From assembly GCF_022045235.1 (NCBI RefSeq), contig NW_027266341.1:6138001-6202000 (forward strand): DNA of 64,000 bases, read 5' to 3'. Source of the stretch: Haliotis cracherodii. Taxonomy: Eukaryota. The notes beneath the pieces were generated by a model. That model saw only the letters and a program-made list of their open reading frames with translations, made no database searches and was not told the DNA's origin. A program made the position numbers and the translations under genes. Each line of letters starts with the position of its first letter. Position 1 is the first letter of the stretch. This document shows, in pieces, positions 36,324 to 49,290 of this stretch.

Positions 36324-39298
36324 TTATCATTGAGCTTGCCTAATTATATGTTGTCACACTGCATCGTCTTGTGTTTCATTTCATTTGGTCTCGTGGTGTG
36401 CACATCCATTCAGGTGATAATAGGTCGCACATCCAGCTATTGACATTCCAACTCGTTTCCATACCCAGGAGTGGACGGTCACAGTAAGAAACCCTGCTGA
36501 TAGTGCGTCCGGATGGTTACAATATGAGACCTTGGCTATAATATTGAGGATTGGATGGTTACAATAGCAGACCTTAACTATGATATATCAAATTGGGAAT
36601 TAGACAGTTACAGTATGAGGACTTGGGTACAGTATATCAAATTGGGAATTGGATGGTTACAATATGACTACAATATATCAAAATGAGTGAGTGAGTGAGT
36701 ATGGTTTTACGCCGCTTTTAACAATATTCCAGCAATATCACGGCGGGGGTCACCAGAAATGGGCTTCACACATTGTACCCATATCAAAATGAGGACTTGG
36801 TGGTTGCAATATGAGACACTGACTACAATATGTCAAAGTGAGGACTAGATGGTTTCAATATGAGACACTGACTGCAATATATCAAACTGAGGACTGGGCG
36901 GTTGCAAAATGAGGCACTGACTACAATATATCAAAGTGAGGACTGGGTGGTTGCAATATGAGGCACTGACTACAATATATCAAACTGAGGACTGGGTGGT
37001 TGCAATATGAGACACTGACGACAATATATCAAACTGAGGACTGGGTAGTTGCAATATGAGGCACTGACTACAATATATCAAAGTGAGGACTGGGTGGTTG
37101 CAATATGAGACACTTACTACAATATATCAAAGTGAGGACTGGGTGGTTGCAATATGAGACACTGACGACAATATATCAAACTTAGGACCGCATGGTTGCA
37201 ATATAAGGCACTGACTACAATGCATCAAAGTGAGGACTGGGTGGTTGCAATATGAGGCACTGACTACAATATATCAAACTGAGGACTGGGTGGTTGCAAT
37301 ATGAGACACTGACTACAATATATCAAACTGAGGACCGCATGGTTGCAATATAAGGCACTGACTACAATGCATCAAAGTGAGGACTGGGTGGTTGCAATAT
37401 GAGGCACTGACTACAATATATCAAACTGAGGACTGGGTGGTTGCAATATGAGACACTGACTACAATATATCAAACTGAGGACCGCATGGTTGCAATATGA
37501 GACACTGACTACAATGCATCAAAGTGAGGACTGGGTGGTTGCAATATGAGACACTGACTGAAATATATTATCATTGAGCTTGACTAATCATATGTTGTCA
37601 CACTGCATCGTCTTGTGTTTCATTTCATTTGGTCTCGTGGTGTGCACATCCATTCAGGTGATAATAGGTCGCACATCCAGCTATTGACATTCCAACTCGT
37701 TTCCATTCCCAGGAGTGGACGGTCACAGTAAGAAACCCTGCTGATAGTGCGTCCGGATGGTTACAATATGAGACCTTGACTATAATATTGAGGATTGGAT
37801 GGTTACAATAGCAGACCTTAACTATGATATATCAAATTGGGAATTAGATGGTTACAGTATGAGGACTTGGGTACAATATATCAAATTGGGAATTGGATGG
37901 TTACAATATGACTACAATATATCAAAATGAGGACTTGGTGGTTGCAATATGAGACACTGACTACAATATGTCAAAGTGAGGACTAGGTGGTTGCAATATG
38001 AGACACTGACGACAATATATCAAAGTGAGGACTGGGCGGTTGCAATATGAGGCACTGACTACAATATATCAAAGTGAGGACTGGGTGGTTGCAATATGAG
38101 GCACTGACTACAATATATCAAAGTGAGGACTGGGTGGTTGCAAAATGAGACACTGACTACAATACATCAAACTGAGGACTGGGCGGTTGCAATATGAGAC
38201 CTTGACTATAAGATTGAGGATTGGATGGTTACAATATCAGACCGTGACTATGATATATCAAATTGGGAATTGGAATGTTCCAGTATGAGGACTTGGGTAC
38301 AATATATCAAACTGAGGACTGGGTGGTTGCAATATGAGGCACTGGCTACAACATATCAAACTGAGGACCAGATGGTTGCAATATGAGGCACTGACTACAA
38401 TATATCAAACTCAGGACTGGGTGGTTGCAATATTAGACACTGACGACAATATATCAAACTGAGGACTGGGTGGTTGCAATATGAGACACTGACTACAATA
38501 TATCAAAGTGAGGACTGGGTGGTTGCAATATGAGACACTGACGACAATATATCAAAGTGAGGACTGGGTGGTTGCAATATGAGACACTGACTACAATATA
38601 TCAAACTGAGGACCGCATGGTTGCAATATAAGGCACTGACTACAATGCATCAAAGTGAGGACTGGGTGGTTGCAATATGAGGCACTGACTACAATATATC
38701 AAACTGAGGACTGGGTGGTTGCAATATGAGACACTGACTACAATGCATCAAAGTGAGGACTGGGTGGTTGCAATATGAGACACTGACTGAAATATATCGA
38801 TCTGAGGACTGGGTGGTTGCAATATGAGACACTGACTACAATACATCAAACTGAGGACTGGATGGTTGCAATATGAGACACTGACTACAATTTATCAAAC
38901 TGAGGACTGGGTGGTTGCAATATGAGGCACTTACTACAATATATCAAACTGTGGACTGGGTGGTTGCAATGTGAGACACTGACTACAATACATCAAACTG
39001 AGGACTGGGTGGTTGCAATATGAGGCACTTACTACGATATATCAAACTGACGACTGGGTGGTTGCAATATGAGACACTGACTACAATATATCAAACTGAG
39101 GACTGGGTGGGTGCAAAATGAGACACTGACTACAATATATCAAACTGAGGACTGGGTGGTTGCAATATAAGGCACTGACTACAATGCATCAAAGTGAGGA
39201 CTGGGTGGTTGCAATATGAGACACTGACTACAATATATCAAACTGAGGACTGGGTGGTTGCAAAATGAGACACTGACTACAATATATCAAACTGAGGA
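36324..39298 (+). repeat. 49-bp minisatellite inside a ~1.25-kb tandem segmental duplication (36324-37567 / 37568-~38800)
   Basis: Unit GAGGACTGGGTGGTTGCAATATGAG(A/G)CACTGACTACAATATATCAAA(C/G)T; unique leader TTATCATTGAGCTTG..CGGTCACAGTAAGAAACCC occurs at 36324 and 37568. Confidence 0.95.
36687..36780 (-). mobile_element. SINE family A, 5'-truncated, inserted in the satellite
   Basis: (GTGA)n tail + TTTTACGCCGCTTTTA..CACATTGTACCC; flanked by ATATCAAAATGAG duplication; absent from duplicate copy at ~37920. Confidence 0.9.
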
Positions 39299-39790
39299 AA
39301 AGATGTTTTCAGTAACAAACCTTGCTGATGTGACGTTTTGGGAATGGAAGTTATGATAAAAGGTACACGTTTGTTCTCCTTAAAAGTAAGTTCTTCTCTT
39401 TCTCTATTTATTTCTGTCACGGACATTGTAACTGACAAGAAGTAAAGATTCAGATCTATTCACAGCAGATACCGACTTGACCTTGTTGACAGTGATAAAT
39501 CCGACACTCGACATAACCTTCTGGAATGATCGAGTATAGCAGAAGAACGTAAATCTTTAACACAGAGCTAAACTGGACTGCCTTTGTGAGTGAAGCAAGT
39601 GCACTTCACAACAGCAATTTGCCTTTTCGTAAACCAGGAATAGCTTCATAGAAGTTCTTGTGCTCGACAAATGGATGGCAAATGGATCAAGGGTGAATGG
39701 ACAGATGGATGGAGGGAGGAAAAGAATTCCATGACGGATGTATTAAGGGGAATAGAAGAGATATCTGTACAACATAATATCTCAACATTA

Positions 39791-40090
39791 GACCGCCTCT
39801 GTGGTCTAGTAGACATAGTTTGCCTGGAGAGCAGAAGAAAGGTGGGTGGTGCGATCTCCTGGTCTTGTCAGGCCAGTTAAAAAATTACCCAGCCTGGCGC
39901 GCGGCATTTTAGGACAAAACAAGGACGGCTCAGAGTCAGTAAAATGTGACTGCTTGGGGTATTTATGTTTAACTAAGGTATGGTATCTCAATCGACTAGA
40001 CATGAAACCAACATAAGTCGGGACAGTAAAAGCAGCAGTTCGAGTGCAATAATCGTGAACGCGACGCTAAACCCCATTTCACCTAACCGC
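39791..40090 (+). mobile_element. SINE family D, degenerate
   Basis: GACCGCCTCTGTGGTCTAGTAG head; CTGGCGCGCGGCATT..AAAACAAGGAC..GGCTC..GGTATCTCA aligns with 57222-57565. Confidence 0.7.
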
Positions 40091-40285
40091 ACTTTTTATG
40101 TAAGCTGTGAGAATAAACAACTGATGATGATAATACTACTGATGATGATGATTGGGAAATTGGGTTATATGAAAAGTGAAAATCGAGTACTAGGTGTTGG
40201 ACTACGTAGTTCAGTTATGCTACGACGTGTTAGTTTGGTGAATACCCTAAATGACGCAAGTCACGGTCCATGTGAAAACAACGAG

Positions 40286-40532
40286 CTGACTGACTGACTG
40301 ACTGACTGACTGACTGACTGACTCGCTGACTGACTAACTGACTGACTGACTGACTCACTGACTCACTGACTCACTGACTGACTGACTCACTGACTCACTG
40401 ACTGACTGGCTGGCTGACTGACTCACTGACTGACTGACTCGCTGACTGAACTGACTGACTGACTCACTGACTCATTGACTGACTGACTGACTGACTGACT
40501 CACTGACTCACTGACTCACTCTCTCACTCACT
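40286..40532. repeat. (GACT)n/(CACT)n tetranucleotide microsatellite
   Basis: Direct reading. Confidence 0.97.
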
Positions 40533-41217
40533 CTTTTAGCTTAAATAATAGGCAGTAACCCTGATTTCAAGGAAACATTACGTCTGAACAATTAAAGCAA
40601 CTTTTGTTATTCTGATACAAACATGGCGCTGTGGAAATCAGGCAACACTCGACACACAGGCAAGGCACGAATTGCGCTTCCAATTTGAACAAAATCAGAT
40701 TTGTTGAAAATATTCAGTGTTTTTTTTCTCAATGCAATCGCTATTCTCTGGAGAGTCGGTTTGTATTTGTCACACGGCCATTGTTTCAATAAGGCTGCCT
40801 CGCTCCCTGATTGATGTGATATTTGAAACCAGGAATAACGTTGAAAAGGAAGTTACAATTCGATTAAATCTCAGATGCTTTGCAGACTGCTCCAATTCAA
40901 TGTCGGCCAGAAGCAATTCCATTTTAATCAAGATTATTACTGCAGGAATGAAAAAGACGAAACATTTATACGTAAACAATTGCCATTACAACTTACCTTT
41001 TAAATCTGGATAAAGAATGTGATGTGTTGAGTAAGATAAATGAAGCTTTGCGTAATATATTGTTGTACATTTACAGTAATGTTTTGGTCTTCTAACATAC
41101 AGTTTGAAATTAAACTGTATGAAACAAGGTTTCCATTGTTTTTCAACTGTTGATATTTTTAGGAATTAAAAAAATTCTTTTTAAGTGAGAAACTAAAAAC
41201 TACTTTGGACACGTTCT

Positions 41218-41925
41218 GTTTTTGCATCAGAGACAGAGTAGTCAGTGCTTCAAGACATTTAACATTTTTAGCGTCGGAGACAGAATAGTCAGTGCTTCAA
41301 GACATTTCACTTTTTTAGCGTCGGAGACAGAATAGTCACTGCTTCAAGACATTTCACTTTTTTAGCGTCGGCGACAGAATAATCACTGCTTCAAGACATT
41401 TCACTTTTTTAGCGTCGGAGACAGAGTAGTCAGTGCTTCAAGACATTTCACTTTTTTAGCGTCGGAGACAGAATAATAACTGCTTCAAGACATTTCACTT
41501 TTTTAGCGTCGGCGACAGAATAGTCACTGCTTCAAGACATTTCACTTTTTTAGCATCAGAGACAGAATGACAGTGCTTTAAGACATTTCACTTTTTTAGC
41601 GTCGGAGACAGAATAGTCAGTGCTTCAAGACATTTCACTTTTTTTAGCGTCGGAGACAGAATAGTCAGTGCTTCAAGACATTTCACTTTTTTAGCGTCGG
41701 CGACAGTATAATCACTGCTTCAAGAAATTTCACTTTTTTACTTTTGTAGCGTCGGCGACAGAATAATCACTGCTTCAAGACATTTCACTTTTTTCAGCGT
41801 CGGAGACAGAATAGTCACCGCTTCAAGAATTTTCACTTTTGTAGCGTCGGCGACAGAATAGTCACTGCTTCAAGACATTTCACTTTCTTAGCGTCGAAAA
41901 CAGAATAGTCGGTGCTTCAAGACAT
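41218..41925 (+). repeat. ~51-bp minisatellite, ~14 units
   Basis: Unit TTTTTTAGCGTCGG(A/C)GACAGAATAGTCA(G/C)TGCTTCAAGACATTTCAC. Confidence 0.95.
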
Positions 41926-42264
41926 TCCATTTCGGAGTTTTCGATATCGAGGGGGTATTACAAATATACCACACGTTTGCCTGCGGGACATTTGAATGCA
42001 ACAAATATTGATTATATGATACGCGGGGGAGTAGAATGTTTTAACATTCAAGGTCTCAGTGAAGCTTTCAAAACGTTTACGGTCGTCATATGGAGGACAT
42101 TTCCGCATGGTGTCCAGTGCAATTCCCGATTTTGACCTGTGGTATATGTTCCAGTGTTTTCTAGGTGAACGTGTTTGTGACGGGTGCCAACGGTGAGGCA
42201 GGATACGCTCACCATTTCGCGAATAACTGATCATCACAAGTGACGCAGAAGTCCAACGTCCATT

Positions 42265-43315
42265 ACCACTCCCATCTCCAGCCCCAGCCCATGATCTCGC
42301 CCCAGCCCAATATCTAGTCCCAGCCCCAAATCTAGTCCCAGCTCAAGCCCCGGCCCCGGCCCCGGCCCAGGCCCCGGCCCAGCCCCGGCCCAGCCCCGGC
42401 CCAGCCCCGGCCCTAGCTCCAGTTCAGCCATAGCCCCAGCCCAAGCCAAAGCCCAATCTCCAGTTTCACCTCCAGTCCCAGCCCAAGCTCCAGCCCCAGC
42501 TCCAGCCCCAGCGTCAGCCCAAGCCCCAGCTCCAGCTCCAGCCGCAGCCCCAGTCCCAGTTGTACCCCAAATCCAAGCTCCCGGCCTAGCACCAGCCCCA
42601 GCACCAGCTCGGATCACAACCCCAGCCCAAGTCGCAGCCCCAGCCCTAGCTCCAGCCCCAACCCCATCCCAAGCTCGGGTACAAGCCCAGCCTCAGTCCC
42701 AGTCCCTGCTCCAGTCCCAGCCTCAGTCCCAGTCCCTGTCCAAGCTCCAGTCCTAGCCTCAGTCCCTCTCCCATCCCCTCTCCAAGCCCTAGTCCCAGCT
42801 CCAGTCCTAGCCTCAGTCCCCGCCCCATTTCCAGCTCCAGTCCGAGCAAAAGTCCCAGCTCAAGTCCCATCTCCAGCCCCAGCCTAAGTCCCACTCCCAT
42901 CCACTCTCCAAGCCCCAGTCCCAGCCTCAGTACCAGCCTCACTCCAGCTCCAGCCCTAGCCTCAGTCCCAGTCCAAGTTCCAGCTCAGGTCCCAGACTCA
43001 GTCCCTGTACCCAAGCTCCAGTCCCAGGATTAGTCCCAGCCCAGCCTCAGTCCCAGTCCCGGTCCGAGCTCCAGTCCTAGCCCCAGTCCTAGCCCCAGTC
43101 CCAGTCCCACTCCCATACCCTCTCCAAGTCCGAGATCCAGCCTCAGTCCCCACCCCAGCTCCAGCTCCAGTCCCAGCCCAGCCCCACAGCAAGCCCCAGC
43201 TCAAGCCACCGCCCAGCTCCAGCTCAAGCCCCAGCCCAAGCCCCAGCTCCAGCCCCAGGTCCTGCCACCGCCCCAGCACCAGCTCCAGCACCAGCCCAAG
43301 TAGCAGCTTCAGCCT
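42265..43315. repeat. Degenerate hexamer array (CCCAGC/TCCAGC/CCCAGT)n, strongly strand-skewed
   Basis: Direct reading; generates low-complexity GL/GA ORFs on minus strand. Confidence 0.95.
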
Positions 43316-43369
43316 TTTATATTATCATTGGCACCCCAACACGTGACACTACTTGAAATACAAGACTAA

Positions 43370-45260
43370 GTATGCATCCAATGAAGATACCCTAACATTG
43401 CGTAATGGTAGCCACTGCTTTGATCAAGAGTGTTGAGATGCACAGAGTTCAGCCATGGCCCACCTTTTCGCGAACACCAGGTATCATCGCTATTTGATAG
43501 ATGATCATGATATAGTCGGAACCATACAATCGAGATTTCTTATGAAACTGTAGAGGGTTTGTCGCTTTTATTTCCATACATCACACGGAACAGGAGATCG
43601 GTAAAATTATTTTGAGGCGTGATCTTACTTCAAAAACTGCTGTAAAATAAAACGTTCTTTATCATTTAGGGCCGTGTCTGACAAGTTTAATGAAACGTTG
43701 TTCCCGAAGAAAATCTGGGTAATGATAAAACGCACATCAGCAATTATGACAAACCGTAGTGCTGCTTGTGACTGGAATGTTCACTTTGAACAACTTTTCA
43801 AGGTCATGCACTCATGTCCTGAGGTAATCACATTTTATCATTAAGATAGAGATGTTTCATGTGAGGGTGTTAGTGCTGCTATCTCCCATATGCATAATGG
43901 GAAGGCGCCTGGATTAATTAAGCGGTTTCCAAATCGAGTTATTACGCTTCTATAAGTTTCAAGTAAAATATTTTCAAACGTTATATAAGACAGGTTGAAC
44001 TCGTGGGCAGAACGTAATAGTTTTTAGTCCCCGAGCAGGCTGGGTTTCATAGGGGTACAGATACAGTTATTACTAAATATATCTAAATATCTCAGGGGCA
44101 CGGGAGGCCCAGTCGTCTAAGGCGTAGTGATTCGCTGTGAAAGTTGTGTCCCTTGAACACGCCAGAAACCTATAATTATGGGTTCGAATTCCGGTTCACC
44201 CCAGGTTTCTAGGTTTGTCAACACCATACCCGTTCTCTTGGGTTTTACCGAAGTGGTCAACCTCTGAGGCCTGCATCACTTTGGGCTTTCCTCCCACATT
44301 AAGCTGACACGCCGTGATATAACTGGAATACTGATCAAAGCGGCGTTCCAACTCACTCTCTCACACTAAATATTAATAATATCTGAACAAGCACTAAAGG
44401 TTACTTATGTTGTAAAATCTAATCTATATACACATTTCTTACGTCAAAATATTACCTGATTTTATGCATGGAACAGAAATTTGGGGCTTTCACCCATCAC
44501 CGACATGGCCGTGTCCATGACAATTCTTGTAAAGTGCTCCTTCATCTTGATAGGAGTGCACCAGATAATGTGGCTTGTGGCTCGTTGTGAGTTGCGCCGT
44601 TATACACTCAGAATAAACCAGATCAACCAATAGCTTATTGGTTATTAAATCAGGACGATAATGTTCTGACAAAGGTGTAAAATATCAATATATATGTGCT
44701 ATGGCTGAAGTTGTCCGTGACTGTTGAGCACTCAAAATTAAATCTACATTATTTAGGTATGGATTTGGAGCAAATCAAGATATTGGATGTAGTAAAATCA
44801 TCGTTTCTACTTCTGTTCAGAAATTTTTTTTTGCCAATGGCAACCAAACGTGCATTGAAATTCTTGCCCTGTTTTCAAAATTGGATTTGTACAGAAATAT
44901 CAAAGTAAGGAACAATTTAGAAGAATATTTGAAAAGTATTAATAGATCAGTATATAGATTTGCACTGTGTACATTTCACTGCTCGAATGACAATCTCATG
45001 ATGGAAGAAGGAAGAAAATCAAACATTGCTCGAAATCAAAGATTATGTCCAGTATAATTCCCTATGTGGAATCGTAATTTCTTTTTTGCCTGATGTGTCC
45101 ATTTTGTTGTCTCCCAGAATAGTTCATCCTACGTTCAATACACTTAAACAACTCCTTGCTTCATCGATTCATTTACAGTAAATAGGTCAGCAAATGTTTT
45201 CCTTGGGGTGAAAAAACGCACCAAGTACTTCCGCTTGTAACATTATTGCATTGCACTCAT
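43370..45260 (+). mobile_element. Highly decayed LINE RT fragments interrupted by a SINE B
   Basis: ISHMHNGKAPG (~43880-43912), EQAGFHRG (~44033-44056), RFALCTFHCSNDNLMMEEGRKSNIARNQRLCP (~44957-45052). Confidence 0.65.
44095..44365 (+). mobile_element. SINE family B
   Basis: GGGGCACGGGAGGCCCAGTCGTCTAAGG..GGTTCGAATTCC..GCGGCGTTCCAACTCAC. Confidence 0.9.
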
Positions 45261-46314
45261 TATATTGTATTAATGTATGACCATTGCATACGGACCAGTG
45301 GCCCCTTTACTGGAAATAATCAAACTCTCATGGCTGTGTCGAGTTTATGCTATGGACTGGTCACCATACACATTGGAGATGCGATGCAACAGCTTTATCA
45401 TTTCAACACAAACAGAGTAATGAAAATGTAATACTGACTACATTTGCACATCTGCAACGATATCAATAGTCACAAAAGAAAGGAAGCGGTCATAAAATGT
45501 AACGTTTTATTATACCATGGAAGGTATCACCAATTTTGAGCCTTTTTTAAATGTTTCAGACGCCAGTCATGAACATTGGCTAAGACCAAGTTTCGACAAA
45601 TTATGACACTGACTTAGCTTACTCAACATAGCATGGAAATGTCAGGGCATGCAACAATCCCACAAGACAGTGATATAATTCACGAGACTCCTCGAGTTTG
45701 GATCTTTGCGCCGCTTCAAATGTCCAAAGATGCCTTTCATATATTATGAATATTATGTCACGACCACCACACATGTCACTGACATTCTCTGACATAGTCA
45801 CGTTTGTTTAAATTCAAATTTAAATTCAACTACTTTTTGTTTCTAAAGTTGTTTTCCTGTACAATGAAATGAAAACTAATCAAAGGTTGTTGTTTTTTCA
45901 AATATGTCGAAATTTGTGTAAATGTCAAATAATGTATAGTACTTTATTCTAAAGACTAAAAACCGCGGAGTCTTTGAAAATGAAATAACCGTATGTTCAA
46001 CACGTGCATGAAACATACGAGAAGTGGGGAATATACTTCTTGATCTTTGGTAGGAGACGTACCTGTATACCTGACAAATATACTTCTGTATTCAACGACA
46101 GTCGTGGATTTCCAGATCCCAGGATGGCCTTGGTATTCCAGATATATATACCCTTGTCCGTTGGATTAACCATCGTGGTAGTCCCCCTTCCTGGCGTAAA
46201 AGATGATACAGCGGTTCAAAGAAGAGGCGAAGTATCAATTGTGCATTTCAGCGACAACGCTATCTCTACACTTGTGTAAGAGCGTTCCATGAACACACTC
46301 TGAATAGAGCTTCA

Positions 46315-46580
46315 AACGGTGCGAGGTGTTACTCGGGTCGTTTTTCGGCAAAGAAGTGTCTGTATCCGGTTCTTCATGACTTCTTGGAAACAGTGGCTAC
46401 AGACGCTATAGAGTATGGGGTTTAAAGCACTGTTCAGGAAGTTAGAAAAAACATGACATGTACAAAACATGTATGACAGCGTCAAAATGTGGTGCAGTGT
46501 TACCTTCGTGTACGTAGTCGGTTATTGCCATCGATAGTGAGCTGACTATGACAAACGTTTGAAACATTAGCATTATTTGA
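46315..46580 (-). pseudogene. Rhodopsin-class (class A) GPCR fragment, TM6-TM7-helix 8, frameshifted
   Basis: Minus strand: IMLMFQTFVIVSSLSMAI..AVIHVLYMSCFF then, after a 1-nt frameshift, NFLNSALNPILYSVCSHCFQEVMKNRIQTLLCRK = NSxxNPxxY TM7 motif plus helix-8 Phe and Cys. Confidence 0.75.
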
Positions 46581-46669
46581 CCGCCAAATTTGCACATGCT
46601 AACGCGGGTCTTGAAATTTAATAATGTTAAAGGCACTATGACTATGCAACTATGATCATTGTTTTTATC

Positions 46670-46795
46670 TTCAACAACCCATGCTTGTCGTAAGAGACGA
46701 CATCGGGTGGTCAGACTCGGTAACTTGCTTGATGCATGATATCGTATGGCATCTGCGTTGATCGACGCTCACGATTTCAATCACTGGATTGTCTA
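46670..46795 (+). mobile_element. SINE-like family C fragment
   Basis: CAACCCATGCTTGTCGTAAGAGACGAC..GGGTGGTCAGACTCG..CACTGGATTGTCT. Confidence 0.75.
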
Positions 46796-49128
46796 AATGT
46801 TCGTTCATAGGTAAATGGAGGATTGTCACATTGACCCACCATTTATTACAATGGTTCGGTAGTATAACTAGTTTATATTCCCGGCGAGGGGTGTTTTGTG
46901 TCTAGGGGACACGTCAGTAATTAGTAACATATGGCGAGGACCATCACAACAGACCATTCAAGCTTACAGAGTACACAACGTGTCTCTTAACTCTGACTTT
47001 AACGATGCATTGCATTTACTTGCAAACAGCTTTTAACTTAAGAATGGCTTAGAGGAAGTCAAATGAAAAGGTTGTGAATATGATGTGAAACTTGAAGAAT
47101 GCAAAACGTACGGGGGACACTCCTGTTCGTGGTGGCGATGTTGATCCATTGTACGTATCAACTGACTATACAGTTGTGTAATGAACAAATAGAACCGTTA
47201 AACATATTTCATTTGTTTCATTCGTTTAAGCATACTTCCAGAAGGGACATTTTTGTTTAATTCCGACGGGGTTCGGAATCTTTCTGAAACAAATAATTTA
47301 TTCCAATAAAAGTGCTGGAAAAAGATTATTAGTCCTCGGCTTTCACAAAATAAATTGTTCATTGAACATACTTGAAATGTCGACTGAAGATGCTGAGAGA
47401 CAAGCATATTTTTTAGAAGTAAAAGGAACCTACTAAGGACAATCTGAAACTATGACGTGACTCACCTGTCACAAATGATTACTTGCACAGTGCAGCCACT
47501 GAAGCTAGGGTCAGAGGCAGTGCATCCTTAATGTTTAGAAGACAAGGTGGCCTTTAGATGAATCATTTGCGATACATCACTAGCATGCGGACAAGTCGCA
47601 ATACTGCTTGTGCTTTCAGTGAGCGTCGCACAAATCACGCTATAGTTGTGGAATGTCACAAGTATCTCGTAACTTTTAGATCATTTGAACAAATTTTGCG
47701 ACGTTCATTTCATTCGGATTAAAGCACACCTGCAATGCAGTTTAAGAAAGGGTAAAACCAAATTAATTTAACTATTAAAATTACGGTGAATTCATAAACG
47801 ACAAAGTTGTGTTGGCAAGTTATACCAAATTGCAACGCGTGAAATACCTAACACTAGCCTTAGGCATCTTTTATAATCACAGCATTGCGATACCGAATTC
47901 CAATAATGACCACGCCAGATTATGGTTCAACACTTCCCCAGCCATTCCTGTCGGAAATGCTATTTTCAATGACGCTCAGTCTGATCCGCTTTGTCCAGGG
48001 GATTGCAAAGAGACAGGCAAGTCGGCGGGTTGAATATGGACACCACTGTTGGACATGTGGCTGAGGTACTCTCGGGCCTTGAGTGGGGAGGCCACATAGC
48101 ACCATATGTCACACAAGGAGTAGAAGGGACAGATTGAGAGTCTAAAGGGTTACAGATCATCCCTATTGATGATACAATGTGTTTGGGTCCATGCGGCCAT
48201 CTCTTTCAGAATCCCGCCACGATCACGTCACTTCGTTGTGAACAGCATATCAATTCACAGGTCTTGCGTAGATCCTTTGAGACAATGATTCTTACAGAAT
48301 GTCTGCTTCCAAAAGGTCGAAAACTAATCGTACCATACGTTTGGTATTCGCTTCTGAAGATTGACCTTCAACATTTACTGCTGAAGGTGAACCGCTCGTT
48401 TGCCCTACGAATGGCAACGCGTCCTCGCATATGCGGTTAAAATATACCTTCCAAATCAGTTTATATTCGAGAGATCAGTGAATGTCCTCTGATATTTTCC
48501 AAGCCCCTGGGAAGTAATTTTATATAGGAGACGTGAAATGGGTGTAATCCAAGGCTATATGGACACCGGTTGCCAGAAGGATAATCTCGGTATTCATAAA
48601 ATTACCCTGCAAGAGTCCGCCGTGCAGAGATATTTAATTCGTGTTGAACGCAACTATAACGTCCAATGTTTTCAGGACACAACCTGTGGTTTCAGGACAT
48701 CGAGTCATTGGCTACCTACAAACATGGATCTACTTACAATATGTGAAGTCACTATCACTGTTGAATGATATGCTTTTACAACTTGTGGTTTGACAATGTG
48801 TCGACTTCAGTGCCAATAACGGAAAGCGATGGCATAACTAAATTGCCTAAAAATAGGAAGAAAAAACCCAAATATATTTAGAAGCACAAATTTGACAATT
48901 AGGAATGTACTTACATATTTGTCGAGCAATATTCCAGCAGCTCCATTTTTCCTGTCTACATTTCAGAGGTACTGTTAATAGAGCATGCATAATTTGTACC
49001 AAATGGTCACGTGGTTCTTTTTCAGGTGAACAGTTGACTTCCCTGTTTGTCATTGAGGAACCACCGGTGGGGCACCTTTTCGCAAGCAACTGGTATCATT
49101 ACTGCAAGATGCTCATAATATAGTCAGA

Positions 49129-49290
49129 GTGAGTGAGTATGGTTTTAGGCCGCTTATAGCAATATTTCAGCAATATCACGGCGGGGGACACCAGAAATGG
49201 GCTTCACACATTGTACCCATGTCGGGAATCGAACCCGGGTCTTCGGCGTGACGAGCGAACGCTTTAACCACTAGGCTACCCGACCGCCTC
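49129..49290 (-). mobile_element. SINE family A, full length
   Basis: Near-consensus copy; TSD TATAGTCAGA at 49119 and 49296. Confidence 0.92.

Noticed and set aside
36780-39298. Hammerhead/retrozyme array because units contain CTGAGGA (CUGANGA)
   Set aside because: No GAAA core or stems in the unit; alternates freely with GTGAGGA.
41218-41925. CRISPR or ribozyme repeat
   Set aside because: No spacers; minus-strand CTGACTA..GAAATGTC deviates from the hammerhead core and cannot form stems I/III.
42234-43291. Gly/Leu- or Gly/Ala-rich structural protein ORFs
   Set aside because: Short, frame-shifting translations of a hexamer repeat; no leader or splice evidence.
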